64,000 nucleotides of DNA, taken from NCBI GenBank assembly GCA_937885695.1, contig CALABP010000055.1, positions 22,316-86,315 on the forward strand. Direction: 5' to 3'. The position numbers and the translations under genes are program-made. Source of the DNA: an uncultured Clostridia bacterium. GTDB lineage: Bacteria > Bacillota > Clostridia > Oscillospirales > Acutalibacteraceae. The notes under the pieces are model-generated. The model was given only the letters and a program-made list of their open reading frames with translations. It did not search any database and had not been told where the DNA came from. Of this stretch, positions 54,828 to 64,000 are shown in pieces (within the stretch, counting starts at the first letter, position 1; each line of letters starts with the position of its first letter).

Positions 54828-54972
54828 TTTGCTCACTCCTTTTTTTGTTGTCACAATAATACCTTGCGAACCTTAAACGAAGCTTATAAAAATTAAAACA
54901 AATTTTGAACGCCCGAAAACGCTTTGTTCTAACTTTTTGTGCGCCGAAATAGAATGTAGGGGACGTGATTAT

Positions 54973-55554
54973 ATGATGAACTACATCTGGCTTGCAATGC
55001 TTGTGTTTTCGCTTTTTGCGGCTGCGGCAAAAGGTAATATGGGCGCGCTGTCGTCGGCGCTGATTTCAGGCGGAACAGACGCAGTTTCGCTCGCATTAAA
55101 GCTTGTCGGCATAATCTGCTTTTGGAACGGACTTATGGCGGTTGCGGAAAAAAGCGGGCTGACAAGGTTTTTGTGCCGCCTTCTTTCGCCCGTTTTAAAG
55201 CTGCTGTTTCCGACGCTTAAAGATGAAAAAGCAAAAAACGCCATAGCCATGAATATGACAGCAAACTTTTTAGGCCTCGGAAACGCCGCAACGCCGTTTG
55301 GGCTTGAAGCCGTAAGCCGCCTTAAAACGCTTGAATGCAAGGGCGCGTCTGCAAGCGACAATATGGTGCGCTTTGTTGTAATAAACTCTGCGGCGCTTCA
55401 CCTTGTACCAACAACTGTAGCGCTTTTAAGAACGGAGTATAACAGCGCGTCGCCTATGGAAACGCTCGTGCCTGGGCTTTTAACATCGCTTGCGGCGCTT
55501 TTTGCGGGCGTAAGTTTAACCGCTCTGTTAAAACGGTTTTTTAAAGAGGTATAG
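54973..55554 (+). CDS. spmA: Spore maturation protein A (nucleoside-recognition-domain membrane protein)
   Basis: MMNYIWLAMLVFS start, adjacent spmB, typical length. Confidence 0.8.
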   Translation: MMNYIWLAMLVFSLFAAAAKGNMGALSSALISGGTDAVSLALKLVGIICFWNGLMAVAEKSGLTRFLCRLLSPVLKLLFPTLKDEKAKNAIAMNMTANFLGLGNAATPFGLEAVSRLKTLECKGASASDNMVRFVVINSAALHLVPTTVALLRTEYNSASPMETLVPGLLTSLAALFAGVSLTALLKRFFKEV

Positions 55555-55557
55555 AGA

Positions 55558-56082
55558 GTGTCATATATTACAGATTGGATTTTGCCCGTTATTGCCGTCG
55601 GAATTTTAACGTTCGGAGCAATTAAGGGCGTGAATATATTCGATGTTTTTTTAGACGGCGCAAAAAGCGGCTTTAAAACGGCTCTTTCCATAACGCCGCC
55701 TTTAATAGCGCTGATTACTGCCGTAAGTATGCTTAACGCTTCGGGTGGTCTTTCGGTGCTTTGCGAGCTTTTGTCGCCTGTGGCAAAGGCTGTGGGAATC
55801 CCGCCCGAGGTTATGCCGCTTACGCTTCTTTCGCCCGTATCGGGAAGCGGCGCGGTTACAATGTTTGAAAATATATTAAAAAATTTCGGGCCCGACAGCT
55901 TCACCGGCAGGTGCGCCTCGGTGCTTATGGGCTCTACCGAGACGACGTTTTATGCTCTCACGCTTTATTACGGCTCTGTCGGAATAAAAAAAACACGGCA
56001 CACATTGCCGTGTGCCGTTTGTGCCGATATTACAAGCTATGTTTTGTCGCCCGTTGCGGTAAAGCTCTTTTTTAAAAGATGA
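55558..56082 (+). CDS. spmB: Spore maturation protein B
   Basis: GTG start 3 nt after spmA. PLTLLSPVSGSGAVTMFENILKNFGPDS pattern. Confidence 0.8.
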   Translation: MSYITDWILPVIAVGILTFGAIKGVNIFDVFLDGAKSGFKTALSITPPLIALITAVSMLNASGGLSVLCELLSPVAKAVGIPPEVMPLTLLSPVSGSGAVTMFENILKNFGPDSFTGRCASVLMGSTETTFYALTLYYGSVGIKKTRHTLPCAVCADITSYVLSPVAVKLFFKR

Positions 56083-56799
56083 TTACATTAAAAGCTTGCT
56101 GTATTCTTTATCTTCCGCAAAAGAATAACAGCTGCCGTTTTCACCGACTATTATGTGGTCGCAAAGAGCCACGCCGAAGCGCCTTAATATGACCGCAATG
56201 CTTCTTGTTGCGTCAATATCGCTCAAAGACGGAACAGCCTCGCCGAACGGGTGGTTGTGCACTATTGCGACAAAGGCGGCGTTTGAAAAGAATACGCTTT
56301 CGGTGATTTTTCTTATATTCGTGTCAACCGAACAAAAGTCGCCCTCGGATATAAAGAATGTCCGCAAAAGGCGCATAGCCTTGTCAAAACACATAATATA
56401 TATTTTTTCGGAGCTGTCGTTGACGAAAAGCGCCTTTGCAGGTTCAAAAAGAGACCCGGGACCTGTATAAGAGCGCTTTTTTGTTACGCTTCCGTTAGAA
56501 ACGCGCTTTAAAAGCTCCGATAAAGAGGCTAAAAATACAGCTGTGTTTTCGCCTACGCCGCAAATTTTTATAAGCTCTTCTTTGGGCGCCGAAATAACGC
56601 CGCCCAAAGAGCCGAATTCTTTTAAAAGCGTGTGAGCGATTTCGTTTGTGTCGCCGCGCGGTATAGAGTAAAACAGCAACAGCTCGAGGAGTCTGTGGTC
56701 CTCAAGCTGTGAAAAACCGTTATTTATAACATTTTCACGCACTCTTTCGCGGTGGCCTGCGTGAAGATTCTTTTCGTCGGAATTTCTTTTGCCGTTCAT
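56083..56799 (-). CDS. radC: RadC-family JAB/MPN-domain protein
   Basis: HhH N-terminus (RLLELLLFYSIPRGDTNEIAHTLL) and JAMM motif IVHNHPFGEAVPSLSD. Confidence 0.85.
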   Translation of the reverse strand: MNGKRNSDEKNLHAGHRERVRENVINNGFSQLEDHRLLELLLFYSIPRGDTNEIAHTLLKEFGSLGGVISAPKEELIKICGVGENTAVFLASLSELLKRVSNGSVTKKRSYTGPGSLFEPAKALFVNDSSEKIYIMCFDKAMRLLRTFFISEGDFCSVDTNIRKITESVFFSNAAFVAIVHNHPFGEAVPSLSDIDATRSIAVILRRFGVALCDHIIVGENGSCYSFAEDKEYSKLLM

Positions 56800-56805
56800 A
56801 GCTTT

Positions 56806-57993
56806 TTATAAATTCTTTGCAGCTTCTCTTAATGTGTCCGCCATATCGGTCTTTTCCCACGCAACGTCAAGGTCCGTTCTGCCCATATGACCGTATGCCG
56901 AAAGCTCGGCGTACTGCGGCTTGAGAAGGTCAAGCTTTTCGATTATTGCGGCGGGGCGCAAATCGAAATATTTGTTTACAAGCTCTTCAAGCTTTGCGTC
57001 CGATATTTTGCCCGTGCCGAAGGTGTCAACGCGAACCGAAAGCGGGTGAGCAACGCCGATGGCGTAAGCAAGCTGAAGCTCGCATTTGTCTGCAAGCCCC
57101 GCCGCAACAATGTTTTTCGCAACATATCTTGCGGCATAAGCGGCGCTTCTGTCAACCTTTGTCGGGTCTTTGCCCGAAAAAGCTCCGCCGCCGTGGCGCG
57201 AATATCCGCCGTAGGTATCAACAATTATCTTTCTGCCTGTAAGGCCGCTGTCGCCCGCAGGGCCGCCTATTACGAAATTGCCTGTCGGGTTGACGTAATA
57301 TTTGGTATTATCGTCGATGTATTCTGCGGGAATAACGGGCTTGATTACGTTTTCGATAATGTCTTTTCTGAGAACGGAAATATCCATCGGGTCGTGCTGT
57401 GACGAAATAACAACCGCGTCGATTCTTACGGGCTTGTCGTTTTCGTCATATTCAACCGTAACCTGGCTTTTGCCGTCGGGTCTTAAATATTTAAGAGTGC
57501 CGTTTTTTCTGACCTCGGTAAGGCGGCGTGCAAGCTTGTGAGCCAGCGAAATGGGGAGGGGCATAAGCTCCTCGGTATCGTTGCAGGCAAAGCCGAACAT
57601 CATACCCTGGTCGCCCGCGCCGTTAAGGTTGTAGGGGTCGTTTTCGCCGTCTTTAAGCTCAAGCGATTTTTCAACGCCCATTGAAATGTCGGCGGACTGT
57701 TTGTCGATTGTCGTAAGCACAGCGCAGGTGTTGCCGTCAAAGCCGTATGCGGGATTGTTGAATCCGATGTCGCAAACAGCCTTTCTTACAATTTGCGGAA
57801 TGTCAACATAGCACGATGTTGTGATTTCGCCCATAACGGTAACAACGCCCGTTGTGCAGGTGGTTTCGCACGCTACGCGCGCATTTTTATCTTCTTTAAT
57901 AATAGCGTCGAGAATAGAGTCGGATATTCTGTCGCAGATTTTATCGGGATGACCTTCTGTAACGGATTCCGATGTGAAAAATCTTCTTGCCAT
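56806..57993 (-). CDS. metK: S-adenosylmethionine synthase
   Basis: [33 protein letters not shown]. Confidence 0.97.
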   Translation of the reverse strand: MARRFFTSESVTEGHPDKICDRISDSILDAIIKEDKNARVACETTCTTGVVTVMGEITTSCYVDIPQIVRKAVCDIGFNNPAYGFDGNTCAVLTTIDKQSADISMGVEKSLELKDGENDPYNLNGAGDQGMMFGFACNDTEELMPLPISLAHKLARRLTEVRKNGTLKYLRPDGKSQVTVEYDENDKPVRIDAVVISSQHDPMDISVLRKDIIENVIKPVIPAEYIDDNTKYYVNPTGNFVIGGPAGDSGLTGRKIIVDTYGGYSRHGGGAFSGKDPTKVDRSAAYAARYVAKNIVAAGLADKCELQLAYAIGVAHPLSVRVDTFGTGKISDAKLEELVNKYFDLRPAAIIEKLDLLKPQYAELSAYGHMGRTDLDVAWEKTDMADTLREAAKNL

Positions 57994-58029
57994 CAGTTTC
58001 AGCTCCTAATGCTTCATTTACAAACCAAT

Positions 58030-58058
58030 ATACTACACCTTTTAACAGGTATTGTCAA
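58030..58058 (-). promoter_or_regulatory. metK promoter with a short leader
   Basis: On the minus strand: TTGACA (58058-58053), 17 nt, TAGTAT (58035-58030). The leader is about 35 nt and leaves no room for an S-box. Confidence 0.6.
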
Positions 58059-58230
58059 GTAAAGTGTTTTTGTGCCGAAAACAGCCGCGTCCTGCTCTTA
58101 TAAACAGGTATAAATATTTCGGTAAGTCTGAATATAAAAAATGCCAAGGCGTAAGGCGGGCTTTTCTTTCGGTTAACACTTCGGACAAAATCGGTATATT
58201 ATATAGCGAGTACTCCTCACGATATTTTGA

Positions 58231-58270
58231 TTATTTACATTTTTTCGGGCAAAAATAAAAATGTAAATAA
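58231..58270 (+). promoter_or_regulatory. Perfect 14-bp inverted repeat immediately upstream of mazF (operator or RNA hairpin)
   Basis: TTATTTACATTTTT (58231-58244) and AAAAATGTAAATAA (58257-58270), 12-nt spacer. Confidence 0.5.
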
Positions 58271-58289
58271 ACCTACGGAGAGTGATACC

Positions 58290-58640
58290 GTGACCGTAAA
58301 ACGAGGAGATATATACTACGCAGACCTAAGCCCCGTTGTGGGGTCCGAGCAAGGCGGAACAAGACCCGTACTTATCGTCCAGAACGACGTGGGCAACAAA
58401 TTCAGCCCGACTGTTATTGCCGCCGCAATAACAAGCAAAAAGCTTAAAGCAAAGCTTCCGACGCACATCAGCGTGAATGCGGACGAATGCGGACTTTCAA
58501 AGGATTCCGTTGTGCTTTTAGAGCAGATAAGAACGTTAGACAAACAGCGCCTTAAAGAGCGAATGGGCAATTTGCCCGAGGACGATATGGACCGTATCAA
58601 CAAGGCTCTTTTCGTAAGCTTCGGTCTGGGTGAAGAATGA
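58290..58640 (+). CDS. mazF: MazF/PemK-family endoribonuclease toxin (EndoA/NdoA-like)
   Basis: GTG 58290 behind [39 protein letters not shown]...[10 protein letters not shown] is near-canonical EndoA. Confidence 0.9.
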   Translation: MTVKRGDIYYADLSPVVGSEQGGTRPVLIVQNDVGNKFSPTVIAAAITSKKLKAKLPTHISVNADECGLSKDSVVLLEQIRTLDKQRLKERMGNLPEDDMDRINKALFVSFGLGEE

Positions 58641-58659
58641 ATCTCAATAACGGTTTTTA

Positions 58660-58693
58660 AAGCGGCGTTCGGGCTTTCCTGCGCCGCTTTTTA
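58660..58693 (+). terminator. Rho-independent terminator after mazF
   Basis: AAGCGGCG pairs with CGCCGCTT, then TTTAT. Confidence 0.65.
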
Positions 58694-58703
58694 TAAATCC
58701 TTA

Positions 58704-58732
58704 TTGAAATATGATTTTTGTTGTGATAATAT
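58704..58732 (+). promoter_or_regulatory. Promoter of rhaA-rhaD
   Basis: TTGAAA (58704-58709), 17 nt, TAATAT (58727-58732), with an extended -10 TG. Confidence 0.6.
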
Positions 58733-58765
58733 AATTACGGTTTTAAAAATTTCGGAGGCGAGATT

Positions 58766-60007
58766 ATGAGCAGATATAACGAAGCAAAAGAGATGTATAA
58801 AAGAAGCGGCGTCGATACCGAAAAGGCGCTTGAAGCTTTATCGAACGTGGGCGTCTCAATGCACTGCTGGCAGGGCGACGACGTTGTCGGCTTTGACAGC
58901 AAAGAAGCGCTTTCGGGCGGAATACAGACAACGGGCAATTATCCGGGAAAGGCGACAACGCCGAAAGAGCTTATGGACGATATTGACAAGGTAATATCGC
59001 TTACCCCGGGAAAGCTTAAACTCAATCTTCACGCAAGCTATGCAATATTCGGTGACGGCGAATTTGCCGACAGAAACGCGCTTTTGCCTAAGCATTACGA
59101 AAAATGGGTCGAGTTTGCAAAAGAGCGCAAAATGGGCATAGACTTTAACCCAACTTTCTTTTCGCATCCTATGGTAAAAGACGGGCTTACGCTTTCTTCT
59201 CCCGATGAAAACGTCCGCTCTTTTTGGGTTGAACACGGCAAAAGATGTATGAAAATCGCCGAATATTTTGCAAACGAAACGGGCGAGCCGTGCGTTATTA
59301 ATTTCTGGATTCCCGACGGTTATAAGGATATTCCCGCCGACCGTATTTCTCCGCGCGCGCGTTTCAAAAAATCGCTTGACGAGATTTTTTCCGTGCCCTA
59401 TGACAAAAGCAAGGTCTTTCCCTGCGTCGAGTCAAAGGTTTTCGGCATCGGCGTTGAAAGCTACACCGTCGGCTCTGCCGAATTTTGCATAAACTACGCC
59501 GCAAAAAACGGCATTGTTCCGCTTATGGATAACGGTCACTATCACCCGACAGAGGTCGTTTCCGATAAAATTTCGTCAATGCTTCTTTTCCACGACAGAA
59601 TAGCTTTACATATAACGCGCGGCGTGCGCTGGGACAGCGACCACGTTGTGATTTTCGATGACGAAACGAAAGAAATAATGAAAGAAATAGTAAGGGCAAA
59701 CGCACTTGAGCGCGTATTTATCGCAACCGATTATTTCGACGCTTCGATAAACAGAATATCCGCGTGGGTAACGGGGCTTCGCTCTGTTAAAAAGGCTCTT
59801 TTATACGCTCTTTTAGAGCCGTCGGCTGAATTGAAAAAGCTTCAGGAAAGCGGCGATTTCACTTCGCTTATGGTAGCTTTTGAAGAGCAAAAAACAATGC
59901 CGTTCGGCGATGTGTGGAATGAATATCTCAGGCGCGAAAATACTCCCGAAGAGTATATTTCAGCTGTGAAAGAATATGAAGAAAAGGTATTGGTGAACAG
60001 AAAATGA
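58766..60007 (+). CDS. rhaA: L-rhamnose isomerase
   Basis: VSMHCWQGDDVVGF and overall length match RhaA. Confidence 0.9.
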   Translation: MSRYNEAKEMYKRSGVDTEKALEALSNVGVSMHCWQGDDVVGFDSKEALSGGIQTTGNYPGKATTPKELMDDIDKVISLTPGKLKLNLHASYAIFGDGEFADRNALLPKHYEKWVEFAKERKMGIDFNPTFFSHPMVKDGLTLSSPDENVRSFWVEHGKRCMKIAEYFANETGEPCVINFWIPDGYKDIPADRISPRARFKKSLDEIFSVPYDKSKVFPCVESKVFGIGVESYTVGSAEFCINYAAKNGIVPLMDNGHYHPTEVVSDKISSMLLFHDRIALHITRGVRWDSDHVVIFDDETKEIMKEIVRANALERVFIATDYFDASINRISAWVTGLRSVKKALLYALLEPSAELKKLQESGDFTSLMVAFEEQKTMPFGDVWNEYLRRENTPEEYISAVKEYEEKVLVNRK

Positions 60008-60819
60008 AAAATATCAAAGAAGCGGGATTTTTAAAAGAAATGTGTGACATTACCGCAAATATGTACCGTCTCGGCTGGGACGAGCGCAACGGCGGCAACG
60101 TAAGCCTTCTTCTTGACGACGAAGAAGTATACGAGTATCTTGACAAAGACGCGGTTTTAAGAACTATCCCCACGGGCTTTGACGCAACGCCCCTTAAAGG
60201 CAAGGTGTTTATAGTAACCGGTACGGGCAAATATTTTAAAAATGTAAAAGAAGACCCCGAAACAAACCTCGGTATAATAAGAATTGCCTCCGACGGCACC
60301 ACCGCCGAGCTTTTGTGGGGCTATAAAGACGGCGGCCGCTTTACAAGCGAGCTTCCCGCACACCTTATGAGCCATATGGCAAGGCTTTCTGTGGACCCCG
60401 AAAACCGCGTTGTTATGCATTGCCATCCGACAAACACGCTTGCCATGAACTATGTTCACGAGCTTGACGAGAAAAAGTTTACCCATACGCTTTGGGAGAT
60501 GTGCACCGAGTGCATTGTTGTTTTCCCCGACGGCATCGGCGTCCTTCCGTGGATGCTTTGCGGCACAAACGAAATAGGCGAAGCCACCGCCGAAAAAATG
60601 AAGCAGTACAGGCTCGTCATTTGGGGAATGCACGGCATTTACGGCGTGGGAAAGAATATTGACGAAGCGTTCGGCCTTATAGAAACCGTTGAAAAAGCGG
60701 CGCAGATTTATATGCTCACAGCGCACCTGCCGCGCATAAATACCATAAAAGACAGCGAGCTTAAAGAGCTTGCCGAAGCCTTCGGCGTAAACTACAGAAA
60801 AGATTTTTTGAACTTATAA
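60004..60819 (+). CDS. rhaD: Rhamnulose-1-phosphate aldolase (class II aldolase)
   Basis: GWDERNGGNVSLLLDDEE is near-identical to the E. coli RhaD N-terminal block. The start overlaps the rhaA stop. Confidence 0.85.
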   Translation: MKNIKEAGFLKEMCDITANMYRLGWDERNGGNVSLLLDDEEVYEYLDKDAVLRTIPTGFDATPLKGKVFIVTGTGKYFKNVKEDPETNLGIIRIASDGTTAELLWGYKDGGRFTSELPAHLMSHMARLSVDPENRVVMHCHPTNTLAMNYVHELDEKKFTHTLWEMCTECIVVFPDGIGVLPWMLCGTNEIGEATAEKMKQYRLVIWGMHGIYGVGKNIDEAFGLIETVEKAAQIYMLTAHLPRINTIKDSELKELAEAFGVNYRKDFLNL

Positions 60820-60845
60820 TTAATCGCCGATTAAATTAAGACAAA

Positions 60846-60889
60846 ATCGGGAAACAGGTAACGAAAAGCCTGTTTCCCGATTGTTTTTT
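60846..60889. terminator. Bidirectional rho-independent terminator
   Basis: ATCGGGAAACAGG pairs with CCTGTTTCCCGAT, then TGTTTTTT. Confidence 0.85.
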
Positions 60890-60900
60890 CTTTTTAATAA

Positions 60901-61875
60901 TTACTCTTCCTGTCTGTTTTCCGCAACAAGCGTAAAAGCTAGCTCGCGAAGCTCGTCAAGAGAGTTTACCGTACTCATTTTTCCGCGGTAAGCGGCGCCG
61001 CCCCTCAAGCCCTTTGTGTACCATGCGGCGTGCTTTCGCGCTTCTTTAATGCCGACGTTTTCGCCCTTATATTCGCAAAGCTTTTCAATGTGCTTTAACA
61101 TTACCGTCATTCTTTGCGTTACGGGCGGCTCGGGCAAAATAACCTCGTGGTTTAAATATGCGTTAATCTGTGAAAACACCCACGGTCTGCCGAGAGCGCC
61201 TCTGCCGACGGCTACCATATCGCATCCCGTTTCCTCCAAAAGGCGCGCCGCCGAAACGCCGTCTACAACATCGCCGTTGCCTATAACGGGTATCTTTACG
61301 GCGTTTTTGACTTCTTTTATAATATTGTAATTAACCGGCGGGGCGTACATCTGCATTTTTGTTCTTCCGTGAACGGTTATCGCGGCGGCGCCTGCCTGTT
61401 CGCAGATTTTTGCAAGCTCAACCGCGTTAATGTGCTCACTGTCCCACCCGGAGCGCATTTTTACCGTTACCGGGACGGTTGAAACGCTCACAACGGCTTT
61501 TACGATTTCGCCCGCAAGCTGTGGGTTTTTCATAAGCCACGCTCCGCCGTTTGAGTTTGACACCTTCGGTGCGGGGCAGCCCATATTAATATCTATAAAG
61601 TCGGGCGAAAACAAAAGCGCGGCTTCGGCGGCTTTGGCCATGGTTTCGGGCGAATTGCCGAAAAGCTGAGCGCCCGCGGGGCGTTCGTCTTTTTCAATCG
61701 ACAAAAGCTCGCGGCTTTTTTTGTCGCCCAAAGAAATGCCCTTTGCGCTTGCCATTTCACACACGGTATACGCCGCGCCGTACCCTCTGCAAAGCTCTCT
61801 GAAGGCGCGGTCGGCAACGCCCGCCATGGGCGCAAGATATGCTTTTTCGTTTATTTCAAGGTTGCCTATTTTCAT
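60901..61875 (-). CDS. dusB: tRNA-dihydrouridine synthase
   Basis: ATG 61875. LAPMAGVADRAFR, DINMGCPAPKV, TVHGRT. Confidence 0.88.
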   Translation of the reverse strand: MKIGNLEINEKAYLAPMAGVADRAFRELCRGYGAAYTVCEMASAKGISLGDKKSRELLSIEKDERPAGAQLFGNSPETMAKAAEAALLFSPDFIDINMGCPAPKVSNSNGGAWLMKNPQLAGEIVKAVVSVSTVPVTVKMRSGWDSEHINAVELAKICEQAGAAAITVHGRTKMQMYAPPVNYNIIKEVKNAVKIPVIGNGDVVDGVSAARLLEETGCDMVAVGRGALGRPWVFSQINAYLNHEVILPEPPVTQRMTVMLKHIEKLCEYKGENVGIKEARKHAAWYTKGLRGGAAYRGKMSTVNSLDELRELAFTLVAENRQEE

Positions 61876-62027
61876 TAAAAGTTCTCCCGAAAGCAATAAT
61901 AAATATTATTTTATCACAATAATTATTTTTGTCACTACGGTAAAAGCTTTTTTTGCGGATTTTTTTCAAAGTCCTTGCATTTTTCAAAAAATATAGTATA
62001 ATAAAAACAAATGTTCGGGGTGATGTT

Positions 62028-62498
62028 ATGAAACTGCTTTTTAAACAAAGGTTTTTTTCGTGGTTCGACAGTTATGATATTTACGACGAAGCGGGGAATA
62101 CCGTTTTTGTTGTCAAAGGTCAGCTCTCGTGGGGGCATTGCCTGAAAATTTTTGACGCTTCGGGCAGAGAGCTCGGCACTGTAAAAGAGCGTGTTTTCAC
62201 GTTTTTGCCTAAATTTGAAATGTATCTCGGTGAAACGTACGTCGGAAGCATCGGTAAAGAGCTTTCGTTTTTTAAACCGAAATATAATATAGATTGCAAC
62301 GGCTGGCATATCGAGGGTGATATTTTCGGCTGGGATTACAGCGTTATAGCGCCCGGCGGCGCGCTTGTTGCAACCGTTTCAAAGGAGCTTTTTAAGTTTA
62401 CCGACACATATGTGCTCGATATTAAAAATCCTTCGGATATACTGTGCGTTCTGATGTTTGCGCTTGCAATCGACGCCGAAAAATGTTCAAATAACTGA
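62028..62498 (+). CDS. LURP-one-related / YxjI-like (tubby C-terminal-like fold) protein
   Basis: MKLLFKQRFFSWFDSYDIYDEAGNTVFVVKG...FKFTDTYVLDI pattern. Confidence 0.65.
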   Translation: MKLLFKQRFFSWFDSYDIYDEAGNTVFVVKGQLSWGHCLKIFDASGRELGTVKERVFTFLPKFEMYLGETYVGSIGKELSFFKPKYNIDCNGWHIEGDIFGWDYSVIAPGGALVATVSKELFKFTDTYVLDIKNPSDILCVLMFALAIDAEKCSNN

Positions 62499-62558
62499 TT
62501 GTAAATGAATGCATTTTGTTTTTTAATTTAACCTATCTGATTGAACGGAAGTGAAAAA

Positions 62559-64000
62559 ATGGCTGAAAACAGGTTTAAGCTTGTTTCAAAATTCAAACCG
62601 ACGGGCGACCAGCCCGAAGCTATAGAAAAGCTTGTTCGCGGCGTAAACGACGGGCTTAAAGAACAGGTGCTTCTCGGCGTAACGGGCTCGGGCAAGACCT
62701 TCACAATGGCTAATATTATCGCAAACGTCAACCGCCCGACGCTTGTTCTCGCGCACAACAAAACGCTTGCGGCTCAGCTTTGCTCCGAGTTTAAAGAGTT
62801 TTTCCCCGAGAACGCGGTGGAGTATTTTGTATCTTATTACGATTATTATCAGCCCGAAGCATACATTCCATCGACCGATACTTATATAGAAAAAGACAGC
62901 GCCGTCAACGACGAAATAGACAAGCTTCGCCATTCGGCGACGTCTGCGCTTTCAGAGCGGCGCGATGTAATAATCGTTGCAAGCGTTTCGTGTATTTATT
63001 CTTTGGGCGACCCCATCGACTACCGCAATATGGTTATTTCGCTCAGGCGCGGAATGACAAAAGACCGCGACGAGCTTTTAAGAAAGCTTGTTGAAATTCA
63101 ATACGAGCGCAACGACGTTAACTTTATCCGCAACAAATTCAGGGTAAAGGGCGACGTTGTGGAGATTTTCCCCGTGTATTCGTCCGAAACGGCAATAAGA
63201 GTTGAGTTTTTCGGCGACGAGATTGACAGGATTTCAGAAATACATCCCTTGACGGGCGAAATAAAATGCGACCTTTCGCACGTTGCGATTTATCCCGCTT
63301 CGCACTATGTTGTCGAGCCTGAAAAAATGGAACGCGCGCTTGACGAGATATATAACGAAATGCTTGTGACCGTCGATAAATTTAAAAGCGAGGGCAAATT
63401 GCTTGAAGCTCAGCGCATTATGCAGCGCACGCAGTACGATATAGAAATGCTCAGGGAAACGGGCTTTTGCAAGGGGATAGAGAACTATTCGCGCATTATG
63501 TCCGGCAGAAAGCCCGGCGAAGCACCGTTTACGCTTCTTGACTATTTCCCCGATGATTTTCTTTTGTTTGTTGACGAGTCGCACGTTACCCTGCCGCAGG
63601 TCAGGGGAATGTACGGCGGCGACCGCTCGCGCAAAGAGAGCCTTATAAACTTCGGTTTCAGGCTTCCGTCGGCTTATGACAACAGACCGCTCACATTTGA
63701 CGAGTTTTACAAAAAAACGCATCAGCGCATATTTGTAAGCGCCACGCCCGGTGAGTTTGAGCGGACGAGAAGCGCGCAGACCGTCGAGCAGGTTATAAGA
63801 CCCACGGGGCTTCTTGACCCCGAAATTTCGGTTCGCCCGACAGAGGGTCAGATTGACGACCTTATTTCGGAAATAAACAAGCGCACCGAAAAAGACGAGC
63901 GCGTTCTCGTTACAACACTCACGCGGAAAATGGCAGAGGACCTTACCGATTATCTTTCCGAGCGCGATATTAAAGTGAAATATATGCATTACGACATAGA
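62559..64000 (+). CDS. uvrB: Excinuclease ABC subunit B, 5' part (continues beyond the window)
   Basis: [50 protein letters not shown]. The frame is open to the window end and is absent from the ORF track because no stop is reached. Confidence 0.95.
   Translation, partial: MAENRFKLVSKFKPTGDQPEAIEKLVRGVNDGLKEQVLLGVTGSGKTFTMANIIANVNRPTLVLAHNKTLAAQLCSEFKEFFPENAVEYFVSYYDYYQPEAYIPSTDTYIEKDSAVNDEIDKLRHSATSALSERRDVIIVASVSCIYSLGDPIDYRNMVISLRRGMTKDRDELLRKLVEIQYERNDVNFIRNKFRVKGDVVEIFPVYSSETAIRVEFFGDEIDRISEIHPLTGEIKCDLSHVAIYPASHYVVEPEKMERALDEIYNEMLVTVDKFKSEGKLLEAQRIMQRTQYDIEMLRETGFCKGIENYSRIMSGRKPGEAPFTLLDYFPDDFLLFVDESHVTLPQVRGMYGGDRSRKESLINFGFRLPSAYDNRPLTFDEFYKKTHQRIFVSATPGEFERTRSAQTVEQVIRPTGLLDPEISVRPTEGQIDDLISEINKRTEKDERVLVTTLTRKMAEDLTDYLSERDIKVKYMHYDI

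Noticed and set aside
57994-58230. SAM (S-box or SMK-type) riboswitch expected upstream of metK.
   Set aside because: A good promoter lies only about 35 nt upstream of the start codon, and I could not find S-box conserved helices or the SMK SD-sequestering pattern.
58052-58258. 68-aa ORF upstream of mazF considered as a possible antitoxin.
   Set aside because: It has no SD, overlaps the divergent metK promoter, and is basic and aromatic-rich rather than MazE/AbrB- or RHH-like.
62499-62558. LexA box expected upstream of uvrB.
   Set aside because: No GAAC-N4-GTTC motif is present in the 60-bp upstream region.
62528-63989. Minus-strand ORFs of 77, 115 and 251 aa in the ORF track.
   Set aside because: They lie antisense to an unmistakable uvrB reading frame and have no SD or recognisable motifs. 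They are spurious.

Overview
The gene content points to a spore-forming Clostridia chromosome of mid G+C: spoVAC/spoVAD, spmAB, ylmC/ymxH, CotH, and Firmicutes-type LexA and CIRCE operators. I saw no rRNA or tRNA genes, no CRISPR array, and no transposase or integrase. From left to right: (1) The right end of a prophage (1-7541) carries tail/fibre-type structural genes, two holin-like genes and an Amidase_3+SPOR endolysin. Two of the structural genes have no canonical start codon, and their start contexts are nearly identical. (2) Envelope genes follow, then a dinB under two LexA boxes. (3) A visibly AT-rich islet (about 13560-16955) holds one 825-aa UvrD-like helicase with a nuclease-like insert and a zinc ribbon. 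It sits directly downstream of a spoVAC-spoVAD operon that lacks spoVAE. (4) A NuoE/NuoF/GltD-fusion trio resembles the Sporomusa-type (Stn) electron-bifurcating transhydrogenase. (5) Next come a cohesin-like surface protein, an MFS transporter, two secreted metallophosphoesterases, a TetR plus erythromycin-esterase-like pair, and rsgA. (6) A cytoplasmic four-gene operon encodes a PI-PLC-like protein, an MBL hydrolase, a PfkB kinase and a Gfo/Idh/MocA oxidoreductase. (7) tex, then CIRCE-clpB-htpG. (8) A roughly 830-bp gene-free, repeat-rich spacer is followed by two zinc-ribbon membrane proteins and a 17-unit CTTN tract. (9) The top candidate for an under-described system is a tight operon at 49793-54827: VTC-domain protein, DUF4956 membrane protein, membrane-anchored CotH kinase and a repeat-bearing beta-helix lipoprotein. 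(10) The window ends with spmAB, metK-radC, a mazF with no antitoxin, rhaAD, dus, a LURP-one-like gene and the 5' part of uvrB. All functional calls come from motif recognition by eye. No database search was run.
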